Positions 1 through 8,682 of a stretch of DNA of 64,000 nucleotides are shown here, in pieces. A program made the translations under genes and the position numbers. The DNA is taken from positions 6,477 through 70,476 of IMG/VR virus record IMGVR_UViG_3300035703_000069; one strand, written 5' to 3'. The notes below the pieces were generated by a model. That model searched no databases. It was not told the origin of the DNA and saw only the letters and a list, made by a program, of their open reading frames with translations. Source of the DNA: a virus. Each line of letters begins with the position of its first letter. Position 1 is the stretch's first letter.

Positions 1-1
1 A

Positions 2-241
2 GACATTGCCAAGATTGCTATCGGTAAAATCTGGGAGAAACTACGTGGTGTTCCTGCTGATACGGCAAAGCTCATCTCAATGGTGCATGACGAGATCGTT
101 CTAGAGGTTCAGGAAGAAGAGGCTGAGCATTGGGCTACTGCCTTGAAGGAAGCGATGGAGTCTGCAGGAGCTGAGGTTTGTCAGCAAGTGCCGATCGTTG
201 CTGAGGTGTCGTGGGGCAAAACTTGGGCTGATGCCAAATAA
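2..241 (+). CDS. polA: DNA polymerase family A, C-terminal fragment (runs off window start)
   Basis: Frame 2 reads DIAKIAIGKIW...MVHDEIVLEV...VSWGKTWADAK*, with PolA motif C (HDE) and the typical GxxW terminus. Confidence 0.88.
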   Translation, partial: DIAKIAIGKIWEKLRGVPADTAKLISMVHDEIVLEVQEEEAEHWATALKEAMESAGAEVCQQVPIVAEVSWGKTWADAK

Positions 242-297
242 CCGCTTTCCTTTTGCTGACATCCTCCCTAACCTGGTTAGTCCATTTCTATATCCCA

Positions 298-684
298 ATG
301 CTGACTGGAGCGGACCTGATCGCCTTCGTCAAAGAAAACGACGGTATGAACCAGATGGAGCTTGCTCGTGGTGCGGGTTATCTCCGCGTTACTAAGACAG
401 GTCGTGAGCAGGTACTTGTCAAGCAGTTCTACAACTCGCTGCTTGCTGCTAAAGGCATGCCTATTCCCCTGGGGCGTACTCCGGGTAAGAGCGCACAGTT
501 TGCGACCTCGGTGCACAAGTCTGGTGTGATCCTGCTGGGCAAGACCTACTCGGAGAAGTTCGGCCTCAACCCGGGAGATGAGCTTGAGATTCTCCTTGAG
601 GAGGACTGCATCAAGCTGGTGCCCCTGCCTGTGCAGCCTGTGGCGGCCCCTGTGGTCAAGAAGGTCGTTCTGACTGTGGCTTGA
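298..684 (+). CDS. Cyanobacterial AbrB-like (cyAbrB) transcriptional regulator
   Basis: MLTGADL...LARGAGY...FYNSLLAAKG...SVHKSGVILLGKTYSEKFGLNPGDELEI matches the cyAbrB pattern. Confidence 0.85.
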   Translation: MLTGADLIAFVKENDGMNQMELARGAGYLRVTKTGREQVLVKQFYNSLLAAKGMPIPLGRTPGKSAQFATSVHKSGVILLGKTYSEKFGLNPGDELEILLEEDCIKLVPLPVQPVAAPVVKKVVLTVA

Positions 685-685
685 G

Positions 686-904
686 TTGAGCGCGTCAGAG
701 GCCCGGGCTCGGTATTTGCGGAAGCTCGTCCACATTGCAGAGAAGCTGCCGAACGGGTTGCTTCAACGCCTGGTGGACGACGCTCAGTTCTTCGAGGACT
801 GGAACCTCCGCAAGCGCCGGGCTCGGGCTTCCGCGCGTCTGGCTCAGTACAAGGGGTGGGAGGTCAAGGCCGAAGAGCGCTACTGGAAGGGCGTTCGGCG
901 CTGA
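686..904 (+). CDS. Hypothetical protein
   Basis: 72-aa ORF packed directly after cyAbrB. Confidence 0.6.
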   Translation: MSASEARARYLRKLVHIAEKLPNGLLQRLVDDAQFFEDWNLRKRRARASARLAQYKGWEVKAEERYWKGVRR

Positions 905-998
905 CCTGACGGGGACGCTCTGCAGATGCCCCCTAGATTGGTTGGGCCTGCGGTGCAACCACACCCAGGCCCCGGATCACCCAAGTCGCAAAGCGATC

Positions 999-1760
999 AT
1001 GAACATTCAAGCGCTTCAGAGCCGTTCGTGGAATGGCACCCCGATCTCGCGGCGTACGACGGATGGGTACGTCAACGCCACGGCCATGTGCCGCGCGAAT
1101 GGCAGGCAGTGGTCTAAGTACCGCGAAACCGACCGATGCCAGGAGTACATCGACGCGCTCGCTGAAACCTCCGATTTTGGAGGTTTGAGCCCGATCGAGA
1201 CACGAGCTGGAAATGGTGGAGGCACCTGGGTTCATCCCCAGGTCGCTGTCGACCTAGCCCGTTGGATCAGCGCTCCCTTCGCCGTCTGGATGGACGGCTG
1301 GTTCCTGGAAGAGCTGGAGGTTCGAGGTTCTCAAGTGCGGGACACGCCACCTGAGTTCGCGGCTCTTCCTGTGGAAGCCATGCTCACCACGCTGGAGCGG
1401 GCTGCGATCCTCATGGAGCAGTTCGGCGGTCTCGACGATCGGGATCAGCTGCTGTTCCGAGATCTGACTCGCAATACCGTGCTGCGAGCTGCAGGCTCCA
1501 CCATCGCGCTGCCTCCAGCCCCCGAGGACGAAGAACTCACGCTCTCGGATGCCTGGTTGGAAGTGACCGGGTCGCCTCTGCCTCGGCGGGATGGTCCGGG
1601 TGTCGGTCGTCTGGTTGCCGCGCTCTACCGGGAGGAGTTCGACAAGGAGCCACCGACTCGTATGCAATACGTCGATGGTGCCCCTCGTCAGGTCAAGAGC
1701 TACAAGCGTGGCTGGCTGGTGGAAGCGGTCAAAGCCGTGTGGAGCCGCGTCAGCGACTGA
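999..1760 (+). CDS. KilA-N domain DNA-binding protein (antirepressor-like)
   Basis: DGYVNATAMCRA...GGGTWVHPQVAVDLARWISAPFAVW is the KilA-N signature; start taken at ATG 999. Confidence 0.88.
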   Translation: MNIQALQSRSWNGTPISRRTTDGYVNATAMCRANGRQWSKYRETDRCQEYIDALAETSDFGGLSPIETRAGNGGGTWVHPQVAVDLARWISAPFAVWMDGWFLEELEVRGSQVRDTPPEFAALPVEAMLTTLERAAILMEQFGGLDDRDQLLFRDLTRNTVLRAAGSTIALPPAPEDEELTLSDAWLEVTGSPLPRRDGPGVGRLVAALYREEFDKEPPTRMQYVDGAPRQVKSYKRGWLVEAVKAVWSRVSD

Positions 1761-1831
1761 CCAGTTCGCTCTGGGGTGGGGCTCCAACCAAGACGTGAAT
1801 GCGCTAGTCTTCGCGTAGATGCACGTGAGTC

Positions 1832-2104
1832 GTGGCTGCCGACCTCGGGGTTGTCATTCTTCAGGAGCTCCGCTCCATCAGTCAGCGTCTCGAGCAGTTG
1901 GAGCAAGCTCTGCCGGCTGTCGATCGCACTTGGCTGACGCCCACTGAGATGAGCAAGCTTTGCGGGGTCACCCCTCGGACACTGCAGAGCTATGTCTCAA
2001 GCGGTCGCTTGGGGCAAGCCAGCTTCAAGCGTGAAGCTCGGGGTAAGACGTTCAACTACCGGTACCACCGCGAGTTGGCCTTGCGGGATCTCGGGCTCCG
2101 CTGA
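1832..2104 (+). CDS. Probable excisionase / MerR-type HTH protein
   Basis: WLTPTEMSKLCGVTPRTLQSYVSSG HTH; lies tail-to-tail with the integrase. Confidence 0.65.
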   Translation: MAADLGVVILQELRSISQRLEQLEQALPAVDRTWLTPTEMSKLCGVTPRTLQSYVSSGRLGQASFKREARGKTFNYRYHRELALRDLGLR

Positions 2105-2106
2105 GC

Positions 2107-3237
2107 TCAGTCGGCCTCGGTTGCCATGGCTGTTCGAAGGTCGGCGGCTTGGATGTGACGGTGGTAGGTCTGCTCGTGGACCGTGGCGCTGTGGCCCATC
2201 GCTCGGGCGCAGAGCGTCAGGCGTTTGCCGCCCTCGATGCTGCGGATTGCCCAACGGTGGCGCAGGTCGTACAGGTCGAACTCGGGGAGGTGAGCTTCGA
2301 TGATTGGGCGGATCTCCTGCGAACGACGACTGTGGCGCCAGGAGTCGACGAACTTTTTCCCGAGGGCGGAGTTGTACTCGTCAGGTTGAGTCCAGCGAGT
2401 CCCACCAGGGATTGAGATGTTTTGAAGGTCAAAGCGTGCGATCCATGCGCGCGGTAGTGCGAAGCAGGTGCGCTTGGCGGGGGCGCGGTTGCGGCGTTTG
2501 ATGGTGAGGCAGTCGGCTGTGCCGTCCTCGTGGAGCACGAGCGAGGGGACTTCGGCGGGGCGGCAGCCGAACGCTGCCAGAGCGGCGTAGCACCAGCCCC
2601 ACTTCGTCGGGCGGAGAGCGTCGAGTAGGGCGAGGATTGCTTCGTCCTCGGGGATGGTGCGGTCAGCGGGTTCGTAGTTGCCTTTGAGGGCGGAGAGCTC
2701 TTCGAGGTTGCCGGGGATTCCCTGGTGTTTTGCGAGGCGCTTGAAGACTTTGCAGCACTCGAGCCGCGTGCGGGTGCCGGGCGGTGTCGCAGCGGCGGTT
2801 TTTAAGAGCTGCTGAAGTGTGCAGGGGGCTTTAGTGGGAAGGCGTCTGAGCTCCAGGGAAATGCGAGACCAAGTGCGCTCCGAGGCCGGGGTGCGTGGGC
2901 GCACTTGCCAGTAGTGGGTCTCGAAGGCGTGGATCGCCGCGGCGCAGCTCAAGGGTGCGTCAGGGCGCTCCGCTGGGGTGTGGACCGGTGTGGACCACGG
3001 AAGATTCGGGGGATAGGAGCCCTTCGTGATGGCTTCCTGTAGCTGAAGGCAACGAAGCTCAGCCGTGACCAAGCTCGTTGGGACAGCGGGGAGATCCAGT
3101 GAGATCCGTTTGCGTTTGCGGGTTCCGTCGTCCTCGGGGAAGGTTCCTCGCACGACAAGCGCCTGGCGGCGTTGCTCGATCAGCATCCGGAGCCCTCGCG
3201 AACGGAGGGTTTCGTTCACAGGAGCCAGGTCAAGCAT
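2107..3237 (-). CDS. int: Tyrosine recombinase (phage integrase)
   Basis: Catalytic motifs FGCRPAE, YDLRHRWA, AMGHS and HEQTYHRHI; adjacent to a tRNA fragment. Confidence 0.92.
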   Translation of the reverse strand: MLDLAPVNETLRSRGLRMLIEQRRQALVVRGTFPEDDGTRKRKRISLDLPAVPTSLVTAELRCLQLQEAITKGSYPPNLPWSTPVHTPAERPDAPLSCAAAIHAFETHYWQVRPRTPASERTWSRISLELRRLPTKAPCTLQQLLKTAAATPPGTRTRLECCKVFKRLAKHQGIPGNLEELSALKGNYEPADRTIPEDEAILALLDALRPTKWGWCYAALAAFGCRPAEVPSLVLHEDGTADCLTIKRRNRAPAKRTCFALPRAWIARFDLQNISIPGGTRWTQPDEYNSALGKKFVDSWRHSRRSQEIRPIIEAHLPEFDLYDLRHRWAIRSIEGGKRLTLCARAMGHSATVHEQTYHRHIQAADLRTAMATEAD

Positions 3238-3340
3238 GAGCGTGGACCATTTGTGGACCACTTTCCCACGCGTGCCGGTGCGAATCAACGCGAGAGCTCC
3301 TGGGAGAGGTGCCGCTCTCGGATGATTGAAAAGCTTGTCG

Positions 3341-3360
3341 GGGCCTGAGATTTCAGGCCC
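3341..3360 (-). terminator. Hairpin downstream of the tRNA-Ser 3' fragment
   Basis: GGGCCTGA-GATT-TCAGGCCC is a perfect 8-bp inverted repeat. Confidence 0.55.
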
Positions 3361-3369
3361 TGACTGGAA

Positions 3370-3425
3370 CGGAGAGGGTGGGATTCGAACCCACGGAGGC
3401 TTTCACCTCGCCGGTTTTCAAGACC
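3370..3425 (-). other. attP core: 3' part of tRNA-Ser(TGA)
   Basis: Minus strand GGTCTTGAAAACCGGCGAGGTGAAAGCCTCCGTGGGTTCGAATCCCACCCTCTCCG contains an anticodon loop, long variable arm, T arm and 3' acceptor strand. The 5' half is absent. Confidence 0.85.
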
Positions 3426-3520
3426 AAAGACAAGATCAGTGGTAGCAGCGTGTTTGAAGGGTAGTGCGAAGAATGTGGACCGTTTGTGGACCGTTAGCCT
3501 TGTGAGTACGCGGTTTGCAG

Positions 3521-4663
3521 ATGGCCGGCACGAAGGCGAAGACGTACCCCAATACCTGGGAGGGCGTTGAGCAGGCGGCCAAGGATGCGGGGGCGAAGCA
3601 TGTGCCGTTGGTCGCCGCGCAGTGGGCTCTCGAGAGCGGATTCGGCAAGCACGCTCCCGGCCAGAACTACTTCGGTCTGAAGGGCACTGGGAAGGGGCGC
3701 AAGACCAAGGAGTTCGTCGACGGGAAGTGGGTGACGATCACGGACGAGTTTCTGGAGTTTCCCGATCTCGGGGCGTGTGTGCGTTACCTCGTGACGCGGT
3801 GGTACAAGGACTGGGATCAGTACGAGGGGGTGGACCGGGCGCCGACCTCCGAGGCCGGGGCCAAGGAGTTGGTCAAGCAGGGCTATGCGACGGATCCTCA
3901 GTACGCCCAGAAGCTGATCAAGCTGCTCGAGGAGCATGCGCCGCGGACCGAGCCCCCGAAGCCGGTGGTGAAGGCATCGCCGAAGGCGATCTTGTACCGG
4001 ATCGAGGCAACGCAGGACACCTGGCTGAAGAAGGAGCCGGTGCAGGCCACCGAGCTCGGGGAGAAGGAGAGGGTGAGCTGCCCAAAGGGGCGGGATTATG
4101 CAGTTGTTGCATACGCCGAGTGCCCGGCAGATGGGCATGCGCAGGTGGAGTTGGCCGCGGGGGCGGGGACGTGGTTCCTGTATGAGCCGCACTGGCGCAA
4201 GGTGATCGGTGCAGGAGAAGCGATGCGCCCCGAGGTCGACTGGAGTGACTTCAACTGCTTGGTGACGCCGAACCTCAGCGTCGGGGAAATTTTGCAATTT
4301 GACAGGCGCCGAATTCCCGGGCCGGCGGCGTCGGTGCGGACTCGACTGCTGCGGACTGCTGCAGAGTTCCAGCGGGTTCGCGAGGCGTGGGGGCGGCCCC
4401 TGGGGGTGACGAGCTTCTATAGGCCGGAGCCGATCAATGCCCAGGTGGGAGGGGTGCCGGGCTCGAGGCACGTCCTCGGGGAGGCGTTTGACCTCTACCC
4501 GGTGGACCGGAGCCTGGACAGCTTCTACCAGTGGATTCGCACTCGGTGGACCGGGGGGCTGGGAGATGGGCGATCGCGGGGCTTCGTGCACCTCGACGTG
4601 CGCGGTGGTGGCGGCTTTGTGCCGGGTGCCGGGGTTAGGCCTGCGGCCGAGTGGATCTACTGA
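3521..4663 (+). CDS. Endolysin: N-terminal GH73 glucosaminidase-like domain plus C-terminal peptidase M15A
   Basis: AAQWALESGFG..NYFGLKG..GYATDPQY (GH73); TSFYRPEPINAQVGGVPGSRHVLGEAFD...FVHLDVR (M15). Confidence 0.88.
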   Translation: MAGTKAKTYPNTWEGVEQAAKDAGAKHVPLVAAQWALESGFGKHAPGQNYFGLKGTGKGRKTKEFVDGKWVTITDEFLEFPDLGACVRYLVTRWYKDWDQYEGVDRAPTSEAGAKELVKQGYATDPQYAQKLIKLLEEHAPRTEPPKPVVKASPKAILYRIEATQDTWLKKEPVQATELGEKERVSCPKGRDYAVVAYAECPADGHAQVELAAGAGTWFLYEPHWRKVIGAGEAMRPEVDWSDFNCLVTPNLSVGEILQFDRRRIPGPAASVRTRLLRTAAEFQRVREAWGRPLGVTSFYRPEPINAQVGGVPGSRHVLGEAFDLYPVDRSLDSFYQWIRTRWTGGLGDGRSRGFVHLDVRGGGGFVPGAGVRPAAEWIY

Positions 4664-4806
4664 TGGATGACCGCACTCGGGAGAACTGGGCGAAGGTCAA
4701 GGAGGCCCTGGAGCGCGCCGGCAAAACCAGCAGCCCCTTCTATACGAGGGCGGTGGCGGTACTGACGACGGGGCGCGACCCGGGGCCGGATTTCGGAAGG
4801 AAGTGA
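4663..4806 (+). CDS. Small hypothetical protein (47 aa)
   Basis: MDDRTRENWAKVKEALERAGKTSSPFYTRAVAVLTTGRDPGPDFGRK*, with TGATG overlap on the lysin stop; below the ORF-track cutoff. Confidence 0.7.
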   Translation: MDDRTRENWAKVKEALERAGKTSSPFYTRAVAVLTTGRDPGPDFGRK

Positions 4807-4990
4807 AGCGCCTAGATCCGTTGCGGGGCAGCGGGTTTGAGGTATTGGCGTTGACAATGTAATTGCCAATATGTAGAGGCGCCGGGGACCTTTCCTTTGG
4901 TGTGGGGATGACCCAGGCGTGCGGGGACAGGGGCCTGGGCGCTATCGCTCAAAGCCTAACGAACTCCTAATCAGCGCCAAATTTGGAGTT

Positions 4991-5115
4991 GAGGGGTCGT
5001 GTCGGAATCGAACCGACTTTCCGAGTGCGTTGTCCGCCTGTCCTTACCAATGGACTACCGACCCAGCGACCCCCAGGTTTGAGCTTCCGCGGAGAGGCTG
5101 AGGGGGTGTTGCTGA
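4991..5115 (-). ncRNA. manA-like structured RNA with a tRNA-like 3' domain
   Basis: Minus strand ACCCCCTCAGCCTCTCCGCGGAAGCTCAAACCTGGGGGT, then GGGTCG..GTCCATTGGTAAGGAC..GGCGGACAACGCAC..GTCGGTTCGATTCCGAC.CGACCC. D and T arms are present but the anticodon stem does not pair. Resembles the manA motif as I recall it. Confidence 0.6.
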
Positions 5116-5131
5116 CACCAGGCTAGGTGCC

Positions 5132-5965
5132 TCAGTACGTGCCGCCGTCGATGGTGATGCCGTCGATGGAGCCGCCGGTGATGTTCACGTTGCTGGCGTT
5201 CTGGGTGCTCATCGTCCCGAGGCCGGTGATGTCGGTGTTGGGGATGGTGGCGGAGGCGGTTAAGGCGTTGGTGCCGGAGCCTTTGACGTAGCCGGTGAGG
5301 GTGGTGGCGCCGGTGCCGCCGTAGGCAACGCCGATGGTGGAGGCGTTCCAGACGCCGCTGGTCAAAGTGCCGACGGAGGTCAGCGAGCTGGAAACCACGC
5401 CGGAGCCGAGCCCGGTTTTACTCAGGACGCTGGTGCCATCGATGCGGAAGGAGAAGCCGGCGGCGAGCTCGATGTTCTGGTTGGACGTCCAGCTGTCAGT
5501 GGCGTCGTACCAGAGGAAGGTCTTGTCGGTGCCGGCTTTGAGGACGATGCCCCCGCCGTTTGCGCCGGCGTCGGTCGGGGAGGCCGTGGCACCGAGCTCG
5601 AGGGTCAGATCGTCAACACTGACCGTGGTGCTGTTGATCGTGGTCGTCGTGCCGTTGACGGTGAGGTTGCCGCCAACGGTGACGTTGCCGGTGGTCGCCA
5701 GGCTCGGGATGGTCGCACCACTTAGGTCGACCGTGCCAGTGAAGGTCTTGTTACCCGAGATCGTCTGGGCGCCAGTGAGATTGACGAAGGCGCCGGGGCC
5801 ACCGATGGCAATGATTGCGGTGGCTGTGCCGTTCTGCCCGCCGGTACCTTTGCCGTAGTAGAGGATTTCGTTGACCTCGTTGAAGGCAACTTCAGCGTTC
5901 AGGAGCGAAGAAGGAGCTCCGGCTTCACCAGAGACGCGACGGCGGATGCGAACTGGATTGGCCAT
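5132..5965 (-). CDS. Tail fibre / virion structural protein
   Basis: G/T/S-rich beta repeats (GNLTVNGTTTTINST, GGTGATT) and C-terminal IDGGTY. Confidence 0.75.
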   Translation of the reverse strand: MANPVRIRRRVSGEAGAPSSLLNAEVAFNEVNEILYYGKGTGGQNGTATAIIAIGGPGAFVNLTGAQTISGNKTFTGTVDLSGATIPSLATTGNVTVGGNLTVNGTTTTINSTTVSVDDLTLELGATASPTDAGANGGGIVLKAGTDKTFLWYDATDSWTSNQNIELAAGFSFRIDGTSVLSKTGLGSGVVSSSLTSVGTLTSGVWNASTIGVAYGGTGATTLTGYVKGSGTNALTASATIPNTDITGLGTMSTQNASNVNITGGSIDGITIDGGTY

Positions 5966-5968
5966 GGC

Positions 5969-6235
5969 TTAGAAGTTGCCTCCGTCGGTGGTTGTGAGGA
6001 AGGTGTGGGCGGCGTCTGCTCTGAAAGCGCCAACTGTGTTGTCGTAGTACACGAGAGAGCCGTCTACAGGGGAAACAGCGAGGACCGGAAGTTCGACACC
6101 CGCTGGGCCTTGAGGGCCTGCAGTGACGATCTCGACGGTGGCGGTCGCGCTCGGAGCTTCTACCAGCGTAAAAGCGCCGGATATTTCGGTCACTTCGACG
6201 AAGGCAGAGGTCGTTGTGGCGACGACTGTTGTCAT
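5969..6235 (-). CDS. Small structural protein (short collagen-like GPQGPAG; DGGNF end)
   Basis: ORF in the tail operon sharing the DGGxF/Y terminus with its neighbour. Confidence 0.65.
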   Translation of the reverse strand: MTTVVATTTSAFVEVTEISGAFTLVEAPSATATVEIVTAGPQGPAGVELPVLAVSPVDGSLVYYDNTVGAFRADAAHTFLTTTDGGNF

Positions 6236-6570
6236 GGTGTTGTGTATCCTTGTTCTGCGATTATTCCGCCTTCTAAGTAATACTCTCTTTCGCCAATAGC
6301 ATTTACAAGTAAGACGTCGTAAACGGTCTGATCGGGTAGTGTTTCTGTGGCTGCTGCGGGAAGCGACATTTTAATTTTGCCGGCAGCACGATCTGTGTAG
6401 GTGATTGTGAAGTCGGCGTATTTCTTGCTACGGGCTTGATCCCAGATCTGGGAATAAACAGTCCAGCCTGCAAGGTTAATAGCGGCTTTATTGCTGTCGA
6501 GGAAGCGCAGTTGAACGCTGTAATCAGCGCGGCGCTGCAACCTGATGTTGTAGACCCCGGGCTGGATCAT
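6232..6570 (-). CDS. Tail-associated protein (BppU N-terminal-like adaptor)
   Basis: AINLAGWTVYSQI...YDVLLV...EYYLEG pattern, in tail gene context. Confidence 0.65.
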   Translation of the reverse strand: MIQPGVYNIRLQRRADYSVQLRFLDSNKAAINLAGWTVYSQIWDQARSKKYADFTITYTDRAAGKIKMSLPAAATETLPDQTVYDVLLVNAIGEREYYLEGGIIAEQGYTTP

Positions 6571-6606
6571 TTGCGAGTCCTCCTGGGGTAGTTTACCGAG
6601 CTCGGA

Positions 6607-6915
6607 TTAGCGAGAAGCGTTGCGCAGCACGGCTTTGATTGGGGAGTAGAGCGCGACGACTTGGTCGATTTGACGGGCGGTGGCGGGGTTGCCTGTGGCT
6701 TGTGCGATGGTCGAGGCGATCTCGGCAGTCATGACCTCGGGGCTGGCTGTGCGGAGCAGCGTTGGCATTTCGTCGTCGAGGCGCTCGTAGACGTAGGGCA
6801 GGGCTTTGCGCAGCGGGCGGTCGATGACGGCTTTAGCCAAGGGCTTGATCACGGCCTCGGTGAGACCCATGAAAAGGAAGGCGATCAGGCCGTCGATCAG
6901 GGTGCGGAGGGACAT
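6607..6915 (-). CDS. Hypothetical protein with N-terminal hydrophobic segment
   Basis: MSLRTLIDGLIAFLFMG...; start at ATG 6915. Confidence 0.6.
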   Translation of the reverse strand: MSLRTLIDGLIAFLFMGLTEAVIKPLAKAVIDRPLRKALPYVYERLDDEMPTLLRTASPEVMTAEIASTIAQATGNPATARQIDQVVALYSPIKAVLRNASR

Positions 6916-6919
6916 GAGG

Positions 6920-7165
6920 TCAGGAGGTAGGTGGGCTATTGCGTTTGCGCACCGAGCTCGTGCTGTTGGGGCTGTCGGTGATGTAGGCCCACATCGTTGA
7001 GGTCGCGCCCCCGGCGACGGTGAAGGCTTGGGTCCATTGGTTGCCACATTGGCCAGGGCGGCGCCATTCGCAGCTGGCGACGTTGGCGCTGGCCATCACC
7101 ATCATGTAGCCGTAGCACCCGACCAAGAGGCGCAGAACCAGCGTCACGATGGTGGGGTGGTTCAT
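6920..7165 (-). CDS. Small membrane protein (possible holin/lysis accessory)
   Basis: Hydrophobic N-terminus; ATGA overlap with the upstream gene. Confidence 0.5.
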   Translation of the reverse strand: MNHPTIVTLVLRLLVGCYGYMMVMASANVASCEWRRPGQCGNQWTQAFTVAGGATSTMWAYITDSPNSTSSVRKRNSPPTS

Positions 7166-7407
7166 GTCGAGGTGGCCTCGAGCTTGGCGACGCGCTGCTC
7201 CAGGCCGTTGATGCGTTGGTAGGTCTCTTTGCGGTCGGCCTTGATGTCGACGTGGAGCTCCTCGAGGCGGAGGGCGACGTTCTCGACGGCGGCGGTGAGC
7301 TTGATGACGGCTTCGCGCCCGTCGCGTGCGCTGCGGTTAGCGCCACCGACGCCCATTGCTCCGACAGTGATGGCGGCGCCGACGACGGCTGCGGCTACTT
7401 CAATCAC
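7162..7407 (-). CDS. Membrane-anchored coiled-coil protein (holin-like)
   Basis: N-terminal TM helix followed by a coiled coil (RINGLEQRVAKLE). Confidence 0.6.
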   Translation of the reverse strand: MIEVAAAVVGAAITVGAMGVGGANRSARDGREAVIKLTAAVENVALRLEELHVDIKADRKETYQRINGLEQRVAKLEATST

Positions 7408-7445
7408 GACAGAGCGGATCGTACAAACCAGCGTAGCGAAGCTGA

Positions 7446-7589
7446 TTAGCGGCCCTGTCCGCGTAGTTTTTTACGTCCGCGGCGACGAGGGCGGGAGTTT
7501 TGGCCTTGTCCTTGGGAGGTGGTCTTTGGCTTGCCGGGGGAGAAGACCAGACGCGATGCGGAGACGCCTGTTTTGCTCTTGACGGCCAA
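7446..7589 (-). CDS. Small basic protein (47 aa)
   Basis: TTG start; MAVKSKTGVSASRLVFSPGKPKTTSQGQGQNSRPRRRGRKKLRGQGR*; not in the ORF track. Confidence 0.65.
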   Translation of the reverse strand: MAVKSKTGVSASRLVFSPGKPKTTSQGQGQNSRPRRRGRKKLRGQGR

Positions 7590-7694
7590 GGGTTTGGGGC
7601 AGTTGGTACAGGTTAGCCGCGCTCGGGATTCTTAGACTGCAGTGGCGACTTCGCCGGTTCGTATCTGCCTACATAGGCGAAAGAGGACAGCCAC

Positions 7695-8153
7695 ATGGCA
7701 TCTCCGGTACAGATCAAACGTTCAGCTGTTGCTGGCAAGATTCCGCTGACGTCGGACTTAGCGCTTTCTGAACTTGCGATTAACACGCATGATGGCAAGC
7801 TTTATACGAAGACTGATCGCGGAGGTAGTGTTGCTATTACCGAGATCGGCAAGACAGGCGGGGAGTTCACCGAGTCGGTGCAGTTAGCTGCAGGTTCGAC
7901 TGAGGTGTACAGCGGGGCGTACTACCCGTTTGTGTCGCAGGTGGACATCGGGACGGACCCGAATCAGATCTCGGTGAATCACATGCTCGGACGGCTGGCG
8001 TTCCAGGATGAGCTGGCGAGTGTGATTCCGGCGCAGACGGTGCCCGGCGGGGCGAAGGAGATCAACTTCGAGTATGTGTCCGACACCTCGATCAAGGTGA
8101 GGATGCGAGGGTCGGACGGTGTTGTGCGCTCGGCGACGCTGACGCTGAGTTAG
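7695..8153 (+). CDS. Tail fibre-related small protein on the opposite strand
   Basis: N-terminus (IKRS..P...ELAIN..DGKLY) resembles that of 5132..5965; GTDPNQISVNHMLGRLAFQDE resembles a motif in 11578..15099. Confidence 0.7.
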   Translation: MASPVQIKRSAVAGKIPLTSDLALSELAINTHDGKLYTKTDRGGSVAITEIGKTGGEFTESVQLAAGSTEVYSGAYYPFVSQVDIGTDPNQISVNHMLGRLAFQDELASVIPAQTVPGGAKEINFEYVSDTSIKVRMRGSDGVVRSATLTLS

Positions 8154-8452
8154 TCCCCGGCGAATACACGGACAGGGCTGCTGGGGGTGACCAGGTAGGC
8201 ATCCCAGCCGTCAGGTAGGCCAGCGGTGAACTTGGCGTTGACGTGCCAGCCATCGAGCGTGGTGGGTGGGGTGATCTCGTCGCCGGTCTCGGGATCCCAC
8301 TCGCCGCCCTCGGTGATGGTGCCGATCACATCGAGGATGTGCGTGTGGGATAAGAGCAGCGGGCGAGGGGACTCGTCAGCGATCCAGAGGCCAGCGGATT
8401 CGCAGGCGCTGGTGAAGGCGGCCTCGTCAGTGAAGCGCAGGAAGTAGGTCAT
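8150..8452 (-). CDS. Tail fibre-associated hypothetical protein
   Basis: LDVIGTI...GWHVN...PVRVFAG; lies downstream of the fibre genes. Confidence 0.7.
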   Translation of the reverse strand: MTYFLRFTDEAAFTSACESAGLWIADESPRPLLLSHTHILDVIGTITEGGEWDPETGDEITPPTTLDGWHVNAKFTAGLPDGWDAYLVTPSSPVRVFAGD

Positions 8453-8682
8453 TCGAGGGGCTCCAGGGGCAGGGGCTCGGGCAGGGCGTCGGGGTCGGGG
8501 AAGACGTAGCCCAGCTCTTCAGCGCGGGCGATGGCTTCGGCTTCGTCGGTGAAGATTTCGACGGTGTGGGGAGTCACCAGCTCGGTGCCGGGCTCCATCT
8601 CGCTGTATTGCAGATAGCCGTCGTCGTTGTGGATGACGACGTAGCTCAGTTCGGTGAAGGTGTGAACGGCCATGGTGATCAA
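8449..8682 (-). CDS. Small acidic hypothetical protein
   Basis: Overlapping start/stop codons with both neighbours. Confidence 0.6.
   Translation of the reverse strand: MITMAVHTFTELSYVVIHNDDGYLQYSEMEPGTELVTPHTVEIFTDEAEAIARAEELGYVFPDPDALPEPLPLEPLE

Larger units (their letters stand above)
3242..3494. repeat. Paired GTGGACC direct repeats flanking the att core (candidate integrase arm-binding sites)
   Basis: GTGGACCATTTGTGGACCA at 3242 and GTGGACCGTTTGTGGACCG at 3475; a similar pair GTGGACCGGTGTGGACCA lies at ~2980 inside int. Confidence 0.65.

Noticed and set aside
3370-3425. Functional tRNA-Ser gene
   Set aside because: The 5' acceptor strand and D arm are missing; it is better explained as the attP core.
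4994-5064. Canonical tRNA
   Set aside because: The anticodon stem does not pair and there is an acceptor mismatch; treated as part of a manA-like RNA.
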